This document shows, piece by piece, positions 30,826-41,073 of a stretch of 64,000 bases of DNA. Each line of letters opens with the position of its first letter. Within the stretch, counting starts at the first letter, position 1. The DNA lies in sequence record DRR723986_6582; one strand, written 5' to 3'. Below the pieces are notes generated by a model. It did not search any database. It was not told the DNA's origin and worked only from the letters and a program-made list of their open reading frames with translations. Both the position numbers and the translations under genes were made by a program.

Positions 30826-30881
30826 TCATTATTCCTTTCAATGAATCTGTCCCAAACAGAGTACTTCTCGGTGCAACATCG

Positions 30882-31325
30882 TTATGCAGTTCTACACACG
30901 CGCCGGATGGACTCTGCGTCGAAGCCACGATGATGAAGAAATCGCTGCCGTTTGGCCAGCTCCCGCCGATCTTTGGGTGGAACATCGGCGTATTTTTTTT
31001 GGTAAACACTCTGCAATTGCTCAAACCAGTCGAAACCGGCATCAGCAAACGCCTCATCGATAATCGTTTCTGAAACACCGCGGTCGCGCAGTTCCATGCG
31101 AATACGCGAGGGGCCAAAGCCACTATTTGCTCTCATCCGCAGGTAGCTTTCGGCAAAACGCTGATCACTTTGCAGCCGCTCGAGGGCCAAGCGCTCCACA
31201 ACTATCGCAATGTCCGCCTCACAACTGGGAAAGCGCTGCGCCAACTTGGCCACTAACTCCTTACGGCTGTGCTCCCGTCGGGCCAATAAATCCATTGCTT
31301 TCTTTCGTATACCTATGTCACTCAA
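30882..31325 (-). CDS. recX: regulatory protein RecX
   Basis: AMDLLARREHS..EL..KL, QSD.RFAE.Y, GP.RI..EL..RGV, RFL..RGF. Confidence 0.94.
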   Translation of the reverse strand: MSDIGIRKKAMDLLARREHSRKELVAKLAQRFPSCEADIAIVVERLALERLQSDQRFAESYLRMRANSGFGPSRIRMELRDRGVSETIIDEAFADAGFDWFEQLQSVYQKKYADVPPKDRRELAKRQRFLHHRGFDAESIRRVCRTA

Positions 31326-31467
31326 TTTCTACTATCCTAACTGGGGGTAGATGCTCGCCTCTACGGCAAATACTTATTTTTTTTAATCTGTGCAAATAGC
31401 AAAGTAACAACACGGTCAACAGGGCGTTATTAGACTCGACCGCTTTCTTTTACCATGGAGTGTAACT

Positions 31468-31680
31468 ATGTTAGTGCAAATTCAAGTATTGTTGATGCAG
31501 ATTTTTTCTGGTTCCCTGGCTAAATTTCGCGATGATGAGCGCGGTGCAAGTGCCATCGAGTACGCAATTATGGCAGCCGTACTGATCGGTATCATAGTCG
31601 TAGCGGTCGCAGCGCTGGACTTGGACGGTATTTTTAGTACCATCAGTTCGACCGTCAGCGGTGAAGTAAACAACTCTTAA
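31468..31680 (+). CDS. flp: Flp/Fap major pilin (Tad pilus)
   Basis: Class III signal DERG|ASAIEY followed by a hydrophobic helix; GGAG RBS. Confidence 0.93.
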   Translation: MLVQIQVLLMQIFSGSLAKFRDDERGASAIEYAIMAAVLIGIIVVAVAALDLDGIFSTISSTVSGEVNNS

Positions 31681-31721
31681 TCATTGTAGAAGAGGATTAG
31701 AGCTGGGGAACTTGATCCGCC

Positions 31722-32156
31722 ATGACAATCGTAACGAGCCTGCTGCTGATGCTTGTAGGTTATATCGACTGGTCACGGCGGCGCATTCCCAACACCCTCA
31801 ATGCCACGCTCTTTCTTTGGTCACTGGTAGTGTTTTTTGCCGGATTTGGCATTAATACTTATCAGTGGCTGATTAACATAGCACTAGCATTGGCGATCAC
31901 CTTACCGGGATATTTATCTGGGAGGTTAGGAGGAGGAGACGTAAAGTTGCTTTTGGCGCTTTCTCCTCTGTGGCCTCCCATGAAAATGCTGGCTATTTTC
32001 GCTTTTGGCGTCATTTCGCTGGCCATGCTAATGTCTTTGGCGGGGTTATCCGGCAGACAGGCTTCTTATCACCAACGAGGCCTCCCCTTGGGCACTGCTG
32101 TATTTCTGGGGGCCATCGCATTCCTGCTATATCAAAACGCCCTCCTTTCACTATGA
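31722..32156 (+). CDS. tadV: A24 prepilin peptidase (TadV/CpaA)
   Basis: D...RRIPN and LGGGDVKL aspartyl motifs; directly after flp. Confidence 0.9.
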   Translation: MTIVTSLLLMLVGYIDWSRRRIPNTLNATLFLWSLVVFFAGFGINTYQWLINIALALAITLPGYLSGRLGGGDVKLLLALSPLWPPMKMLAIFAFGVISLAMLMSLAGLSGRQASYHQRGLPLGTAVFLGAIAFLLYQNALLSL

Positions 32157-32176
32157 ACGCATGCAAGGATAAAACC

Positions 32177-32623
32177 ATGAAACGCCGGCACAATGAAAAG
32201 GCGATGCAATGGCAAAGAGGCGTTGTAGCTATCGAGTTTGCCATTTTATTTCCGGTTTTTTTCGCCCTCAGTTACGCCGTCATGTCTTACGGCATGTATT
32301 TTCTTCTTTTACAGAGTTTTGCCTATGCAGGAGAAGACGCGTTACGAGCAGCGCTAGCGACTGACTGCGAAGCTGCTGTGTGTACGGAAGCTGAGTTAGA
32401 ACCCGTCGTGACCGCACAGGTTCAAAGTTCCCTCACCTGGTTTTCGGCGAGCTTGGTGAGTACCGCGGTATCTGACGAAAATTTCTTTAGTTGTGACGCA
32501 TCAATGCTGTGTACAGTTAGACTAAGTGCTCCTCCGATCCTGGACAGCATTAGCCTCCCTATTGTCGGGCGCATTCCAGATCTGCCAAATCCCGTTGTTA
32601 GTCGGTCCAGCCTGCGCATGTAG
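32177..32623 (+). CDS. tadE: TadE-family pseudopilin
   Basis: QRG|VVAIEFAILFP, A...A.RAA; alternative start ATG 32153 overlaps the tadV stop. Confidence 0.88.
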   Translation: MKRRHNEKAMQWQRGVVAIEFAILFPVFFALSYAVMSYGMYFLLLQSFAYAGEDALRAALATDCEAAVCTEAELEPVVTAQVQSSLTWFSASLVSTAVSDENFFSCDASMLCTVRLSAPPILDSISLPIVGRIPDLPNPVVSRSSLRM

Positions 32624-32769
32624 CAATCGCGACAAGGAAACTATACGTAGGTGCCACAATATCAGCACAACGTCACACCACCTAACATCAGGGAAAGAGA
32701 CGCTAAACTAAAATGTAGCGACGGTGTAATACGATAACTTCATCTTAGATGCATTCAAGGGAAATACCG

Positions 32770-33654
32770 ATGCAAGCAAGGACTCTCAAGATCATCGCTG
32801 CACTGCTAATTATCAGCGCAGTTATCATGGGTATCATTGGTTATCGAATTAGCCAACAAGATGCTATTCGCGACCAACAGCGGCAGACTGTGGCAACGCA
32901 GGCCGACTCCTACACATATGCTCAAAAGCTAGTCATTGCAACAAGAGACATCGCCAAGGGAGAAACCCTGACCGAAGACGAGCTGATGCAAGTTCCTTAT
33001 GCCATCAAGGTCGAGGGCAGCTTTGCAACGGTCTCAGAGCTACTTAACAAGCGAAGTAAACAAGACATTCTGAAAGGTTCGGTGATTCGTGCCAGCGATT
33101 TCGAGTCCGATAGCAAATTAGCTGAGCAAATTCAGCCTGGTCACCGAGCTGTTGCCGTTAAAGTTGACGAGGTTATCGGTACTGGTGGCTTCTTAAAGCC
33201 CGGGGATTTTGTTGACGTCATCTTTAATAGCCGCGCCACAAAAGAGACCAACGACCGCAGTATGTCCCGTCGCGTTCTAAGCAATATTCGGTTGATTGCA
33301 TACGGCAACGAAGTCGAAGGCCAGAAACCGCAAACCATTTCTGAAGACAATAGTAAAAAAGCTAGCAAGAAAGACGGCGGGAAACGCAGCCGATCTGCTG
33401 TTTTGGAAGTGCCTATCGATGACGTTAACCGCTTGGTTTTGGCTGAAAATGCCGGCGACCTGAGGCTAGCCGCCATTGGCGAAGCCGATCGTCTAGCACG
33501 TGAAGAGCAACTCGCTCTCGGCGAGCTGCCCGAAGAAAAAGAAGACAAGGCGACCCTAATGCGTGAGGTCACAGGCTTCAAGCCCGCGCCGCCACCTAAG
33601 TCGATATATATGTATAGCGGTGACAAAGTCGAGACAATTCGGGTACGAAACTAA
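32770..33654 (+). CDS. cpaB: Flp pilus assembly protein CpaB/RcpC
   Basis: SAF-like VIATRDI..GE, RAVAVKVDEV.GTGGFLKPGDFVDVI, LVLA...G.LRLA. Confidence 0.92.
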   Translation: MQARTLKIIAALLIISAVIMGIIGYRISQQDAIRDQQRQTVATQADSYTYAQKLVIATRDIAKGETLTEDELMQVPYAIKVEGSFATVSELLNKRSKQDILKGSVIRASDFESDSKLAEQIQPGHRAVAVKVDEVIGTGGFLKPGDFVDVIFNSRATKETNDRSMSRRVLSNIRLIAYGNEVEGQKPQTISEDNSKKASKKDGGKRSRSAVLEVPIDDVNRLVLAENAGDLRLAAIGEADRLAREEQLALGELPEEKEDKATLMREVTGFKPAPPPKSIYMYSGDKVETIRVRN

Positions 33655-35000
33655 TGCAACAACCACTGGTTCGATATGGAGCATCTATCATGCAACAGGG
33701 ATTTTTACTCGCTTTGCTACTCGGGCTGATAACCAGTCTGCACGCAGAGCCCTACAAGACCCTGCGACTGGAGCTTGGCGAACAGCAAATGCTAAGCACC
33801 AAATACAGCGTAAAAAGAAGCGCGATCGGTCGTCCTGAGGTGGCTTCACTTAAGGTACTTAATTCCCGAGAATTTTTACTCACTGCCAAACAGCTTGGCG
33901 CAACCTCGCTGTTACTTTGGCAAGGCAGCAAAGAACCAACCGAGTTTCGCATAGAGGTCGTGCCCAGTTTGTCACCCAGCACGCGCGACGGCGTTGCGGT
34001 GGACAGCAGTGGCCCCTACATCAGCCTGCAGGGCGAGACCCGATCCTTAGAACAACATCAGCAACTAGTCACATCGAGTGGCCCTAATGTTTTGGACAAT
34101 ACCGTTCAACGCGGCTCTATGCAGGTGCAAACAGATATTCGAATCGTTGAGTTCAGCCGATCACAACTCAAACAAATAGGCACCGCTTTTTCCTACCTTG
34201 GAGGGGACACTTCCATTGCAACGGGTGGTACCGGGCTCATCCCGCTCTTAGAGGACAGCGGTCCATTGGGCGCATTACTCGGCATTACACCTACTGGCGC
34301 GGATGCCTCATCAATACTAGTCGGCCATGCTAAAAACGGGTTTAGAGCAGCCATTAACGCTCTCTCTCGGAACGGGTATGCCTATACACTCGCGGAACCG
34401 TCTCTGGTCAGCATGTCAGGCCAAACAGCAACATTTTTAGCGGGGGGAGAGTTTCCTTATCCATCCTCAAATCGCGACGGCCAAATTCAAATTGAATACA
34501 AAGAATTTGGTGTGCGCCTGCACTTGACACCAACAGTGCTTAGTGAAAATAGCATCATGTTAAAAGTCGCCCCAGAAGTTAGTGATTTGGACTTCACCAA
34601 TGGCGTTCAGGCCAGCGGCGTATCTGTCCCCTCTCTGCGCGTAAGACGCACTGACACATCAATACAATTGGCCCCGGGGGAAAGTTTTATTATCAGTGGT
34701 TTGGTAAGCAGAAACACCTTCACCAACGCCGACCGCTTACCTGGGCTGGGGGATATCCCAATTCTCGGCGCTCTTTTCCGCTCTACGCGGTTTGCCCAAG
34801 AAGACAAGGAACTTATCATGATTGTCACCCCGCACTTGGTAAGCCCCATTGCCAAAGACGCCGAGTTGCCAGAACTGCCCGGAGAAACCTACAAGCACTA
34901 CGTCCCATCCTTTACCGATATGCTATTTCGCGACCTCGATAAATCCAGCGAGCGAGCAGCGAAAAAGACACAAAAGTCCGATGTTGGATTCGCAGATTAA
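33654..35000 (+). CDS. cpaC: Tad secretin CpaC/RcpA
   Basis: LAEPSLVSMSGQTATFLAGGEFP, KEFGVRL, LGDIPILGALFRS, ELIMIVTPHLV. Confidence 0.93.
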   Translation: MQQPLVRYGASIMQQGFLLALLLGLITSLHAEPYKTLRLELGEQQMLSTKYSVKRSAIGRPEVASLKVLNSREFLLTAKQLGATSLLLWQGSKEPTEFRIEVVPSLSPSTRDGVAVDSSGPYISLQGETRSLEQHQQLVTSSGPNVLDNTVQRGSMQVQTDIRIVEFSRSQLKQIGTAFSYLGGDTSIATGGTGLIPLLEDSGPLGALLGITPTGADASSILVGHAKNGFRAAINALSRNGYAYTLAEPSLVSMSGQTATFLAGGEFPYPSSNRDGQIQIEYKEFGVRLHLTPTVLSENSIMLKVAPEVSDLDFTNGVQASGVSVPSLRVRRTDTSIQLAPGESFIISGLVSRNTFTNADRLPGLGDIPILGALFRSTRFAQEDKELIMIVTPHLVSPIAKDAELPELPGETYKHYVPSFTDMLFRDLDKSSERAAKKTQKSDVGFAD

Positions 35001-35015
35001 TATGGGAGCCCGGTC

Positions 35016-36272
35016 ATGAGGCTAATCGACCGAAGAACACCGGAAGGCAAGCAGAAGCCTGTCGACGACTATGAAACGCTCAAAGCCGCCCTACACCGCT
35101 TTGTTATAGACCGTATCGAAGATGACAACATCATCTACGATGATGACTCGAAGAAACTAGAAGAAGCAATTGGCGCCTATATACGTCAGTACTGCCGCAT
35201 CTACGAAGTGAATATTAGTCGGGAGAAATTTGATAACCTTGAGAAAGAATTATTGGATGAGATCGTTGGGTTTGGACCTTTGCAAGTTCTTCTCGATGAT
35301 CCCGATATCAACGACATCCTGATTAATGGCCCCCGGCGCATCTTTGTCGAACGCCGCGGCGTGCTAGAGCAATCGTCTATGCGGTTTCTAGACGACCGTC
35401 ATGTGCTTCGAGTTATTCGACGCATGATCTCACCGCTGGGGCGCAGGATAGATGAGTCAAGTCCCATCGTCGATGGCCGACTGGCAGATGGCAGCCGAAT
35501 TAACGCTATTGTTCCGCCCCTCGCGCTGGATGGCCCCTGCCTGTCAATCCGAAAGTTTCGCAAGGATCCTCTGACCGCAGACGAACTACTGAGTGGAGGA
35601 TCAATCACCAAAGATGCCCTCAGCTTTCTAAGTGAATCCGTAGCGAAGAGACGCAATATCCTGATAAGTGGGGCAACCGGATCAGGCAAGACGACCTTAC
35701 TTAATATTCTCAGCCAGTATATTCCGGCAACCGAGCGTATCGTAACCATCGAAGACGCCGCAGAACTCCAGTTACGCAATAGCCATGTGGTGCGACTAGA
35801 AACCCGCCCTGAAAACAACGAAGGTGTTGGCCAGGTCACAGCGGGCGAGCTTGTCAAAAATGCCCTTCGCATGCGCCCAGACCGCATTATCGTTGGTGAG
35901 AGCCGTGGCGGAGAGGTCGTGGACATGTTGCAAGCCATGAATACCGGCCACAACGGCTCCATGACGACTGTGCATGCCAACTCTGCCAGTGACGCCGTTA
36001 CTCGACTGGAAATGATGGTCGGAATGTCGGGGTTCAAGGGCTCAAGTGAGCTGATTCTTAAAATGATAGGCAGCGCGCTGGACATGATCGTTCATATCGG
36101 CCGCCAATCAGATGGCCATCGCTGTGTAATGCAAATATGTAAGCTCACCAACACAGCGAACGGGCTGCAGTTGCGGGAACTATTCGCCCTGGACGCTAGT
36201 GGCAATCTCGCAAGAAACCCCGGTGAACAAAACGTTCCCCTGCTCAATGACGTTATACCGGGGGCATCATAA
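35016..36272 (+). CDS. cpaF: Tad pilus ATPase CpaF/TadA
   Basis: GFGPL..LL.D..I.DILING, GATGSGKTTLLN, IEDAAEL, NALRMRPDRIIVGE, AMNTGH. Confidence 0.95.
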   Translation: MRLIDRRTPEGKQKPVDDYETLKAALHRFVIDRIEDDNIIYDDDSKKLEEAIGAYIRQYCRIYEVNISREKFDNLEKELLDEIVGFGPLQVLLDDPDINDILINGPRRIFVERRGVLEQSSMRFLDDRHVLRVIRRMISPLGRRIDESSPIVDGRLADGSRINAIVPPLALDGPCLSIRKFRKDPLTADELLSGGSITKDALSFLSESVAKRRNILISGATGSGKTTLLNILSQYIPATERIVTIEDAAELQLRNSHVVRLETRPENNEGVGQVTAGELVKNALRMRPDRIIVGESRGGEVVDMLQAMNTGHNGSMTTVHANSASDAVTRLEMMVGMSGFKGSSELILKMIGSALDMIVHIGRQSDGHRCVMQICKLTNTANGLQLRELFALDASGNLARNPGEQNVPLLNDVIPGAS

Positions 36273-37129
36273 TGTTCTGGATAGCTCTGGTCGTGCTAAT
36301 GATCGGCCTCGCCTTTGTGTTGATGCTGTTGGTCAACGTAGAGGCGCCTTCAGATGTAGAGGTTACAGAAGCTGATCGCAGAGACCCCGTACCCGAAGCT
36401 ATTACCAATTACCTCGCTGCGAATGGAGTAGAACTGCCAGCCGTAGTGATCTACAGTGCCATTGCCAGCCTTGCGGCCATGACTGTACTTTCAGGCATTT
36501 TGCTACCCGTTAGCCTAGCCGCCATTATCATCTTCACAGGGTACGCAGGGGCATTTCTAAGCATAAGGTTTATAGGGAGTAAACGCCGCGCAAAAATGCT
36601 TGAACAACTCCCATCGTTTATCAACCAAGTTACGCGACGTCTATCGGCCGGCGTCTCGGTAGAAAACGCTTTTGCTGATTCCGTGGAAACACTGGAGCGT
36701 CCCCTCGGTACCATAATGCGCCGCATCGTCCGGCGCGTTCACTTGGGCTACGACCTTCACCAAGCGTTCAGTCGCGAAGCTGCCGTCACCAAATTACACG
36801 AATTCAATGTGATCGCCACAGCGCTGCGTATAAATGAGCAATATGGCGGCAGCATTCGCTCTATTCTTGACGATATAGTCGGTATTTTGCGCATGGACGA
36901 AGCAGGTAAACGGGAACTGCGCGCCTTAACAGGTGAAACTCGATTCACGGCCGTAGTTCTCGCTCTCCTTCCCCCCTTAATCGCTGTATATATGTTTAGT
37001 GTCAACCCAGACATGATGCTGGAAGTTTGGTCTCAAAACAGTGGAAAGTCCCTATTTATCATCTCGGCCGTAATGGAAATACTGGGCGTATTGGTACTGT
37101 GGCGCATGGTTAACTCAATCGAGTCGTAG
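36272..37129 (+). CDS. tadB: Tad platform protein TadB (T2SS-F family)
   Basis: QLP......RLSAG, YGGS, RALTGETR; position after cpaF. Confidence 0.88.
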   Translation: MFWIALVVLMIGLAFVLMLLVNVEAPSDVEVTEADRRDPVPEAITNYLAANGVELPAVVIYSAIASLAAMTVLSGILLPVSLAAIIIFTGYAGAFLSIRFIGSKRRAKMLEQLPSFINQVTRRLSAGVSVENAFADSVETLERPLGTIMRRIVRRVHLGYDLHQAFSREAAVTKLHEFNVIATALRINEQYGGSIRSILDDIVGILRMDEAGKRELRALTGETRFTAVVLALLPPLIAVYMFSVNPDMMLEVWSQNSGKSLFIISAVMEILGVLVLWRMVNSIES

Positions 37130-37138
37130 GCATCTGAC

Positions 37139-38005
37139 ATGGAAGCTCAACACTATTTCTTTATTATCGGCGCACTAATTCTGTGCACCGCTCCAGTTAT
37201 ACTGCTCGCCACCGCCCACATAAATAGTGACTCAAGTGATAACACCAAATTGGAGTTTGGGCGGCACGACACGTGGCGCATGCTGCGTGAAGAAAATACT
37301 CATATTGCATCACTTTCGCAGTTGCTCCGCAGGGCAGGCTTATTCACTAGTGCAGAGCAACTTCGAGCCATTTCAATTGCACTGGTTATCTGTCTGCTTC
37401 TCGGCGTATTTGCAGCCGCAGCGTGCCTGTTCAAGGGCCTGGGTATTTCGCAACTGCTCGTGACAGCCAGTACAACTGTTGTCGGCAGTATTTTACTGGC
37501 ATACCTAATATTAAAAGGCCGAGCAGAAGAACGGCAAAGCGCTCTGGAAAAAGAGACGATGATGCTAATTCAGACCACTCGAATGCTCTGGCGAGTTGGC
37601 CTTTCCTTGCCCAAAACCCTTGGTATCATCTGCGAACAGCTATCGGAATTGTCACCTAATTGCGCTAAAGAGCTGTCCCTCGCGGCAAACAAAATAGAAT
37701 CTGGGCAGAGTCAGGAAGAAGCGCTCTACGACTTGATTAACAGTTGTAGCGCAGAAGGGTTTAAAGAATATTTGATCGTTATACGCCAGCAGTCCATCAC
37801 TGGCGGCAGCATCGACAAGTCACTCGACGAGCTCTACTTACTTCTACAAAATCGCCGACGGCTTAGTTTGCAAGAACAAGTTAATAAAGTGTCTGGGAAA
37901 ATGTCGTTGGTAATGATGCTATTCCTGTTTCCGGCCCTAGTGTTACTGGCCGCAGGCCCTAGCTTTTTCTCGATGATTAAAGCACTTAGCGAGCTAGGTG
38001 GATGA
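37139..38005 (+). CDS. tadC: Tad platform protein TadC (T2SS-F family)
   Basis: L.RAG, KVSGKMSLVMMLFLFPALV...GP; position after tadB. Confidence 0.88.
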   Translation: MEAQHYFFIIGALILCTAPVILLATAHINSDSSDNTKLEFGRHDTWRMLREENTHIASLSQLLRRAGLFTSAEQLRAISIALVICLLLGVFAAAACLFKGLGISQLLVTASTTVVGSILLAYLILKGRAEERQSALEKETMMLIQTTRMLWRVGLSLPKTLGIICEQLSELSPNCAKELSLAANKIESGQSQEEALYDLINSCSAEGFKEYLIVIRQQSITGGSIDKSLDELYLLLQNRRRLSLQEQVNKVSGKMSLVMMLFLFPALVLLAAGPSFFSMIKALSELGG

Positions 38006-38712
38006 TGATTAAGGCCCGAAACAGACGTCCCGTGAAATATGGCGTGCAAATAGCGCTCATTTTAAGTTTGCTATCCGCTTGCGCATCCGCCCCCTCGTCA
38101 ATAGCCATCAATCACAATGACTGTGGTACGTCACTAAGCCAGGCTCAGCAAGTGAAGCTTGACTTAGTAGAGCAACTTTTGTCGGAGGGGAGCTACTTTT
38201 CAGCACAAGCTCACCTAGAGCGCGACGACAGCAATAGTCCTCGAGCCCTTTGGTTAACCGCCGAAGCTCAACGCAAGACGGGAATGCTAAGCGAGGCTTA
38301 CGACAACTACAGAGACCTTAGTCTGACCTGCATGACCGCCGCCGGCCACGCCGGTATGGCAAAGATACTTGCCACCCGTGGCGACCTGGCAATTGCTCAT
38401 CAGCACATGCTTAAAGCAAGGCGCCTCGCCCCCACAAGCGCCGATATTCGTAACGACTACGGCTTTATTCTTTTGGCAATGCGAGACTTCAAGGCAGCCC
38501 AACGAGAATTTATGACTGCATTGCAATTAAGAAGTGGTCACCCGGTTGCCCTGCGCAATATGATTATCAGCCTGATACTTGATGGTGACACCCGAACCGC
38601 ATTGCGTCTTGCTCAGAACAACGACATTAATAGTGCAGAATTTAATCTGTTACTTGAAAAAGCAAACCATTTTACAGAGCCCACTGTCGCCAAACGCGCT
38701 ATTGTTAATTAG
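38002..38712 (+). CDS. tadD: TPR lipoprotein TadD (pilotin-like)
   Basis: Lipobox LSAC; TPR-like ARRLAP..ADIRNDYG, A.REFMTAL.L. Confidence 0.85.
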   Translation: MMIKARNRRPVKYGVQIALILSLLSACASAPSSIAINHNDCGTSLSQAQQVKLDLVEQLLSEGSYFSAQAHLERDDSNSPRALWLTAEAQRKTGMLSEAYDNYRDLSLTCMTAAGHAGMAKILATRGDLAIAHQHMLKARRLAPTSADIRNDYGFILLAMRDFKAAQREFMTALQLRSGHPVALRNMIISLILDGDTRTALRLAQNNDINSAEFNLLLEKANHFTEPTVAKRAIVN

Positions 38713-38722
38713 GAAATAATGT

Positions 38723-38977
38723 ATGAAAAATCGACTATTGATACTTTCATCACTCGCGTTTAGCTGTGCGGTCACAGCGAGCGAACCCACTTATGACATC
38801 AGCCGCGACAGTGCAACGTCGCGAGCGTTAGCTGCCCAACGTTCCGGGGAAATCGCTTCAGACTTGCCTCAGAAGCAAAATGGCGCAGCGCGCGCATCCA
38901 GCTATAAGCGTTACACGGATAGCTTTAGCCGCCCTATTCCTGCGTCGTTTATCGACACCGACTTTAAGACTGAATAA
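38723..38977 (+). CDS. small exported Tad-associated protein (DUF3613-like)
   Basis: Signal peptide; T.R.L..QRSG..AS, YKRY.DSF..PIP; lies between tadD and tadG as in Pseudomonas. Confidence 0.8.
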   Translation: MKNRLLILSSLAFSCAVTASEPTYDISRDSATSRALAAQRSGEIASDLPQKQNGAARASSYKRYTDSFSRPIPASFIDTDFKTE

Positions 38978-38979
38978 GT

Positions 38980-41073
38980 ATGAACGCCGCTCGCCGCCGC
39001 ACCTACTGTCAAGTTCCGTCACAACAGCGTGGCGTAATGACACTGACCTTGGCAGCCTTAATGTTGGCAATAACGGCTTTCCTTGCAATATCTGTCGATA
39101 CCGGCAGGCTTTTTCTCGAAAAACGCACCCTGCAAAGGCAAGCGGACCTAGCGGCACTGGAAACTTCGCTCACTTACTGTCGCGATCAATCGTTAGATGA
39201 TGATGGCCTATTCTCCGTTGCACAGGCAACATTGGCGAGTAACCGCAATAACTTCCGCGGCAGTGCGGAGGGAATAGAGGTGACACTTGGTGAAATAAGC
39301 AGCGTTGATGATGGTAATGGTGGAAGCATTAAACAGTTCACCGCCAGTGCTGACGGCAAGGCGGTGCAAGTTACCCTATCGCGTACAATACGCGCATCGC
39401 TATTTGGCAGCGTTCTTCCTAGCGGAAGCCAAACCATCACAATAGAAGCGCAAGGCGCTGCGGAAGCTTGCCAGCCCGTCGCATCGCTACATTTGCGCAG
39501 CAATTTACTCAATGTCGACTCAAGCCAATCAGCGCTTCTTAACGGCGTCTTAGGCGGCTTGTTAGGCACTACCCTTAACCTCAGTGTCGCACAGTGGGAC
39601 GGTCTACTGGACACAAACCTCAATTTGCTGAGTTACCTTGATGCTCTGGCCGTTGATCTCGGCATCTCTGCAGGAGACTATGACAGCGTACTTAACGCCG
39701 ACGTTAGTCTGGGAGATCTACTCGACGTCGGCGCAGATGTACTGGAGTTAGGCGGTAATACCGCGGCAGTTAGCGCATTTCGTGATCTCGTCTTAGCCAT
39801 CCCTGGGGCCACTCCGCTGATATCGCTCGGTGAGCTGCTTGAGGTGCAAACGGGAGCACCCGAAGCCGCACTAGACATTGGCCTACAGGCAATGCAACTT
39901 GTTCAAGGCACCATTCAACTGGCGAATAGCAAATCCGCGATCGCCGCCGACATACCCATAAACCTTCTCGGCTTAGCGGGCGCAACGGTAAAACTGCAAG
40001 TGACCGACCCGCCAAGACTCATGGCCACGGGCAACCCAAAACTCGCTGCAGATGCGCCTTACGGCGGAGATGCGATATTTGTCAGATCAGCCCAAGTACG
40101 CACATTTATCTCGCTGGATCTGCCAATTGTCGGCGCTACCTTAAATACGCTACTAAGCCTCGTAAATGACAACCCTTTACTAAGCGGGGTTGCTGGTACA
40201 GTCAGCAGCTTGCTGTCACTGGATATACTCGGCGTACTTCAGGGGCTGAGCTGCGTGGTTTACTGTGATATTCAGAGAGACCTTTTAGATATTGAAGTAC
40301 TGAGCTCACCGAGGCTGGACATCCTTCTTGAAGCGGGCAGCGGCGACGGCCGCGTAACCGATTACGATTGCGACGGCGAAGACAAAGCACTGGATGCGCT
40401 CGCCAATAGCTCGGCTGTCAGCGTACTGGTCGGCAGCCTGGGCAGCGATATGAATGATGCTGCTACTAACGCCTTTGATGAAGCTTCACCGAGCGTGGAG
40501 CCCATTCCAATACTCGATATCGGCACCAAGCGGGTACGCTACCAGTGCACCCTGCTGCTGATTTGCTGGACTGAATACTGGGACGGCAGCGCTTGGGATG
40601 GTGATCCCAGTGCCGCCGAGCGGGATGCCTTCTCTGGAGGCGGGCTGGGCCTGAGTTTAGACTCTGATTTGCTCGCGGGCTCAGAAACCCTGAATTTCGC
40701 CAACAACCCATCCGATGACTACCTGCCCGAGTTCGGTGTAGATCCAATAGATGAGGCCTATCAAAGCGTTGATACTCAAAGCCTGGTTGATAACTTAGAG
40801 GGCGATTTGCTGGGCTTAAACCTCGAGTTCTACGCCCCCACCAACAGCGGCGATGGTATTACCGGAAACGCGCTCGGTGGCCTCCTCTTCCTCGTCGGCT
40901 CAGCCGCCAATGCGCTGACGGGCGCAGTGGAAGCGATTATCACATCTACGCTCTCTCCACTGCTGACAGCCATTATTAATCAGCTGTTGGATGCGCTCGG
41001 CGTCAGTTTGGCCGAGACTGAAGTAGGCGCAGCCATGACCTGCGAAAGTGATAGAGTGAAGCTGGTAATGTAG
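38980..41073 (+). CDS. tadG: TadG-like minor pilin / putative adhesin
   Basis: QRG|V cleavage site, VDTGRLFLEKRTLQRQADLAAL, LLNGVLGGLLG; 697 aa. Confidence 0.87.
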   Translation: MNAARRRTYCQVPSQQRGVMTLTLAALMLAITAFLAISVDTGRLFLEKRTLQRQADLAALETSLTYCRDQSLDDDGLFSVAQATLASNRNNFRGSAEGIEVTLGEISSVDDGNGGSIKQFTASADGKAVQVTLSRTIRASLFGSVLPSGSQTITIEAQGAAEACQPVASLHLRSNLLNVDSSQSALLNGVLGGLLGTTLNLSVAQWDGLLDTNLNLLSYLDALAVDLGISAGDYDSVLNADVSLGDLLDVGADVLELGGNTAAVSAFRDLVLAIPGATPLISLGELLEVQTGAPEAALDIGLQAMQLVQGTIQLANSKSAIAADIPINLLGLAGATVKLQVTDPPRLMATGNPKLAADAPYGGDAIFVRSAQVRTFISLDLPIVGATLNTLLSLVNDNPLLSGVAGTVSSLLSLDILGVLQGLSCVVYCDIQRDLLDIEVLSSPRLDILLEAGSGDGRVTDYDCDGEDKALDALANSSAVSVLVGSLGSDMNDAATNAFDEASPSVEPIPILDIGTKRVRYQCTLLLICWTEYWDGSAWDGDPSAAERDAFSGGGLGLSLDSDLLAGSETLNFANNPSDDYLPEFGVDPIDEAYQSVDTQSLVDNLEGDLLGLNLEFYAPTNSGDGITGNALGGLLFLVGSAANALTGAVEAIITSTLSPLLTAIINQLLDALGVSLAETEVGAAMTCESDRVKLVM

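Noticed and set aside
31326-31467. Possible c-di-GMP-I riboswitch or LexA box upstream of flp/recX
   Set aside because: GGCAAA and GCAAAG words are present but with no GAAA-capped stem; CTGTGCAAATAGCAAA lacks the closing CAG
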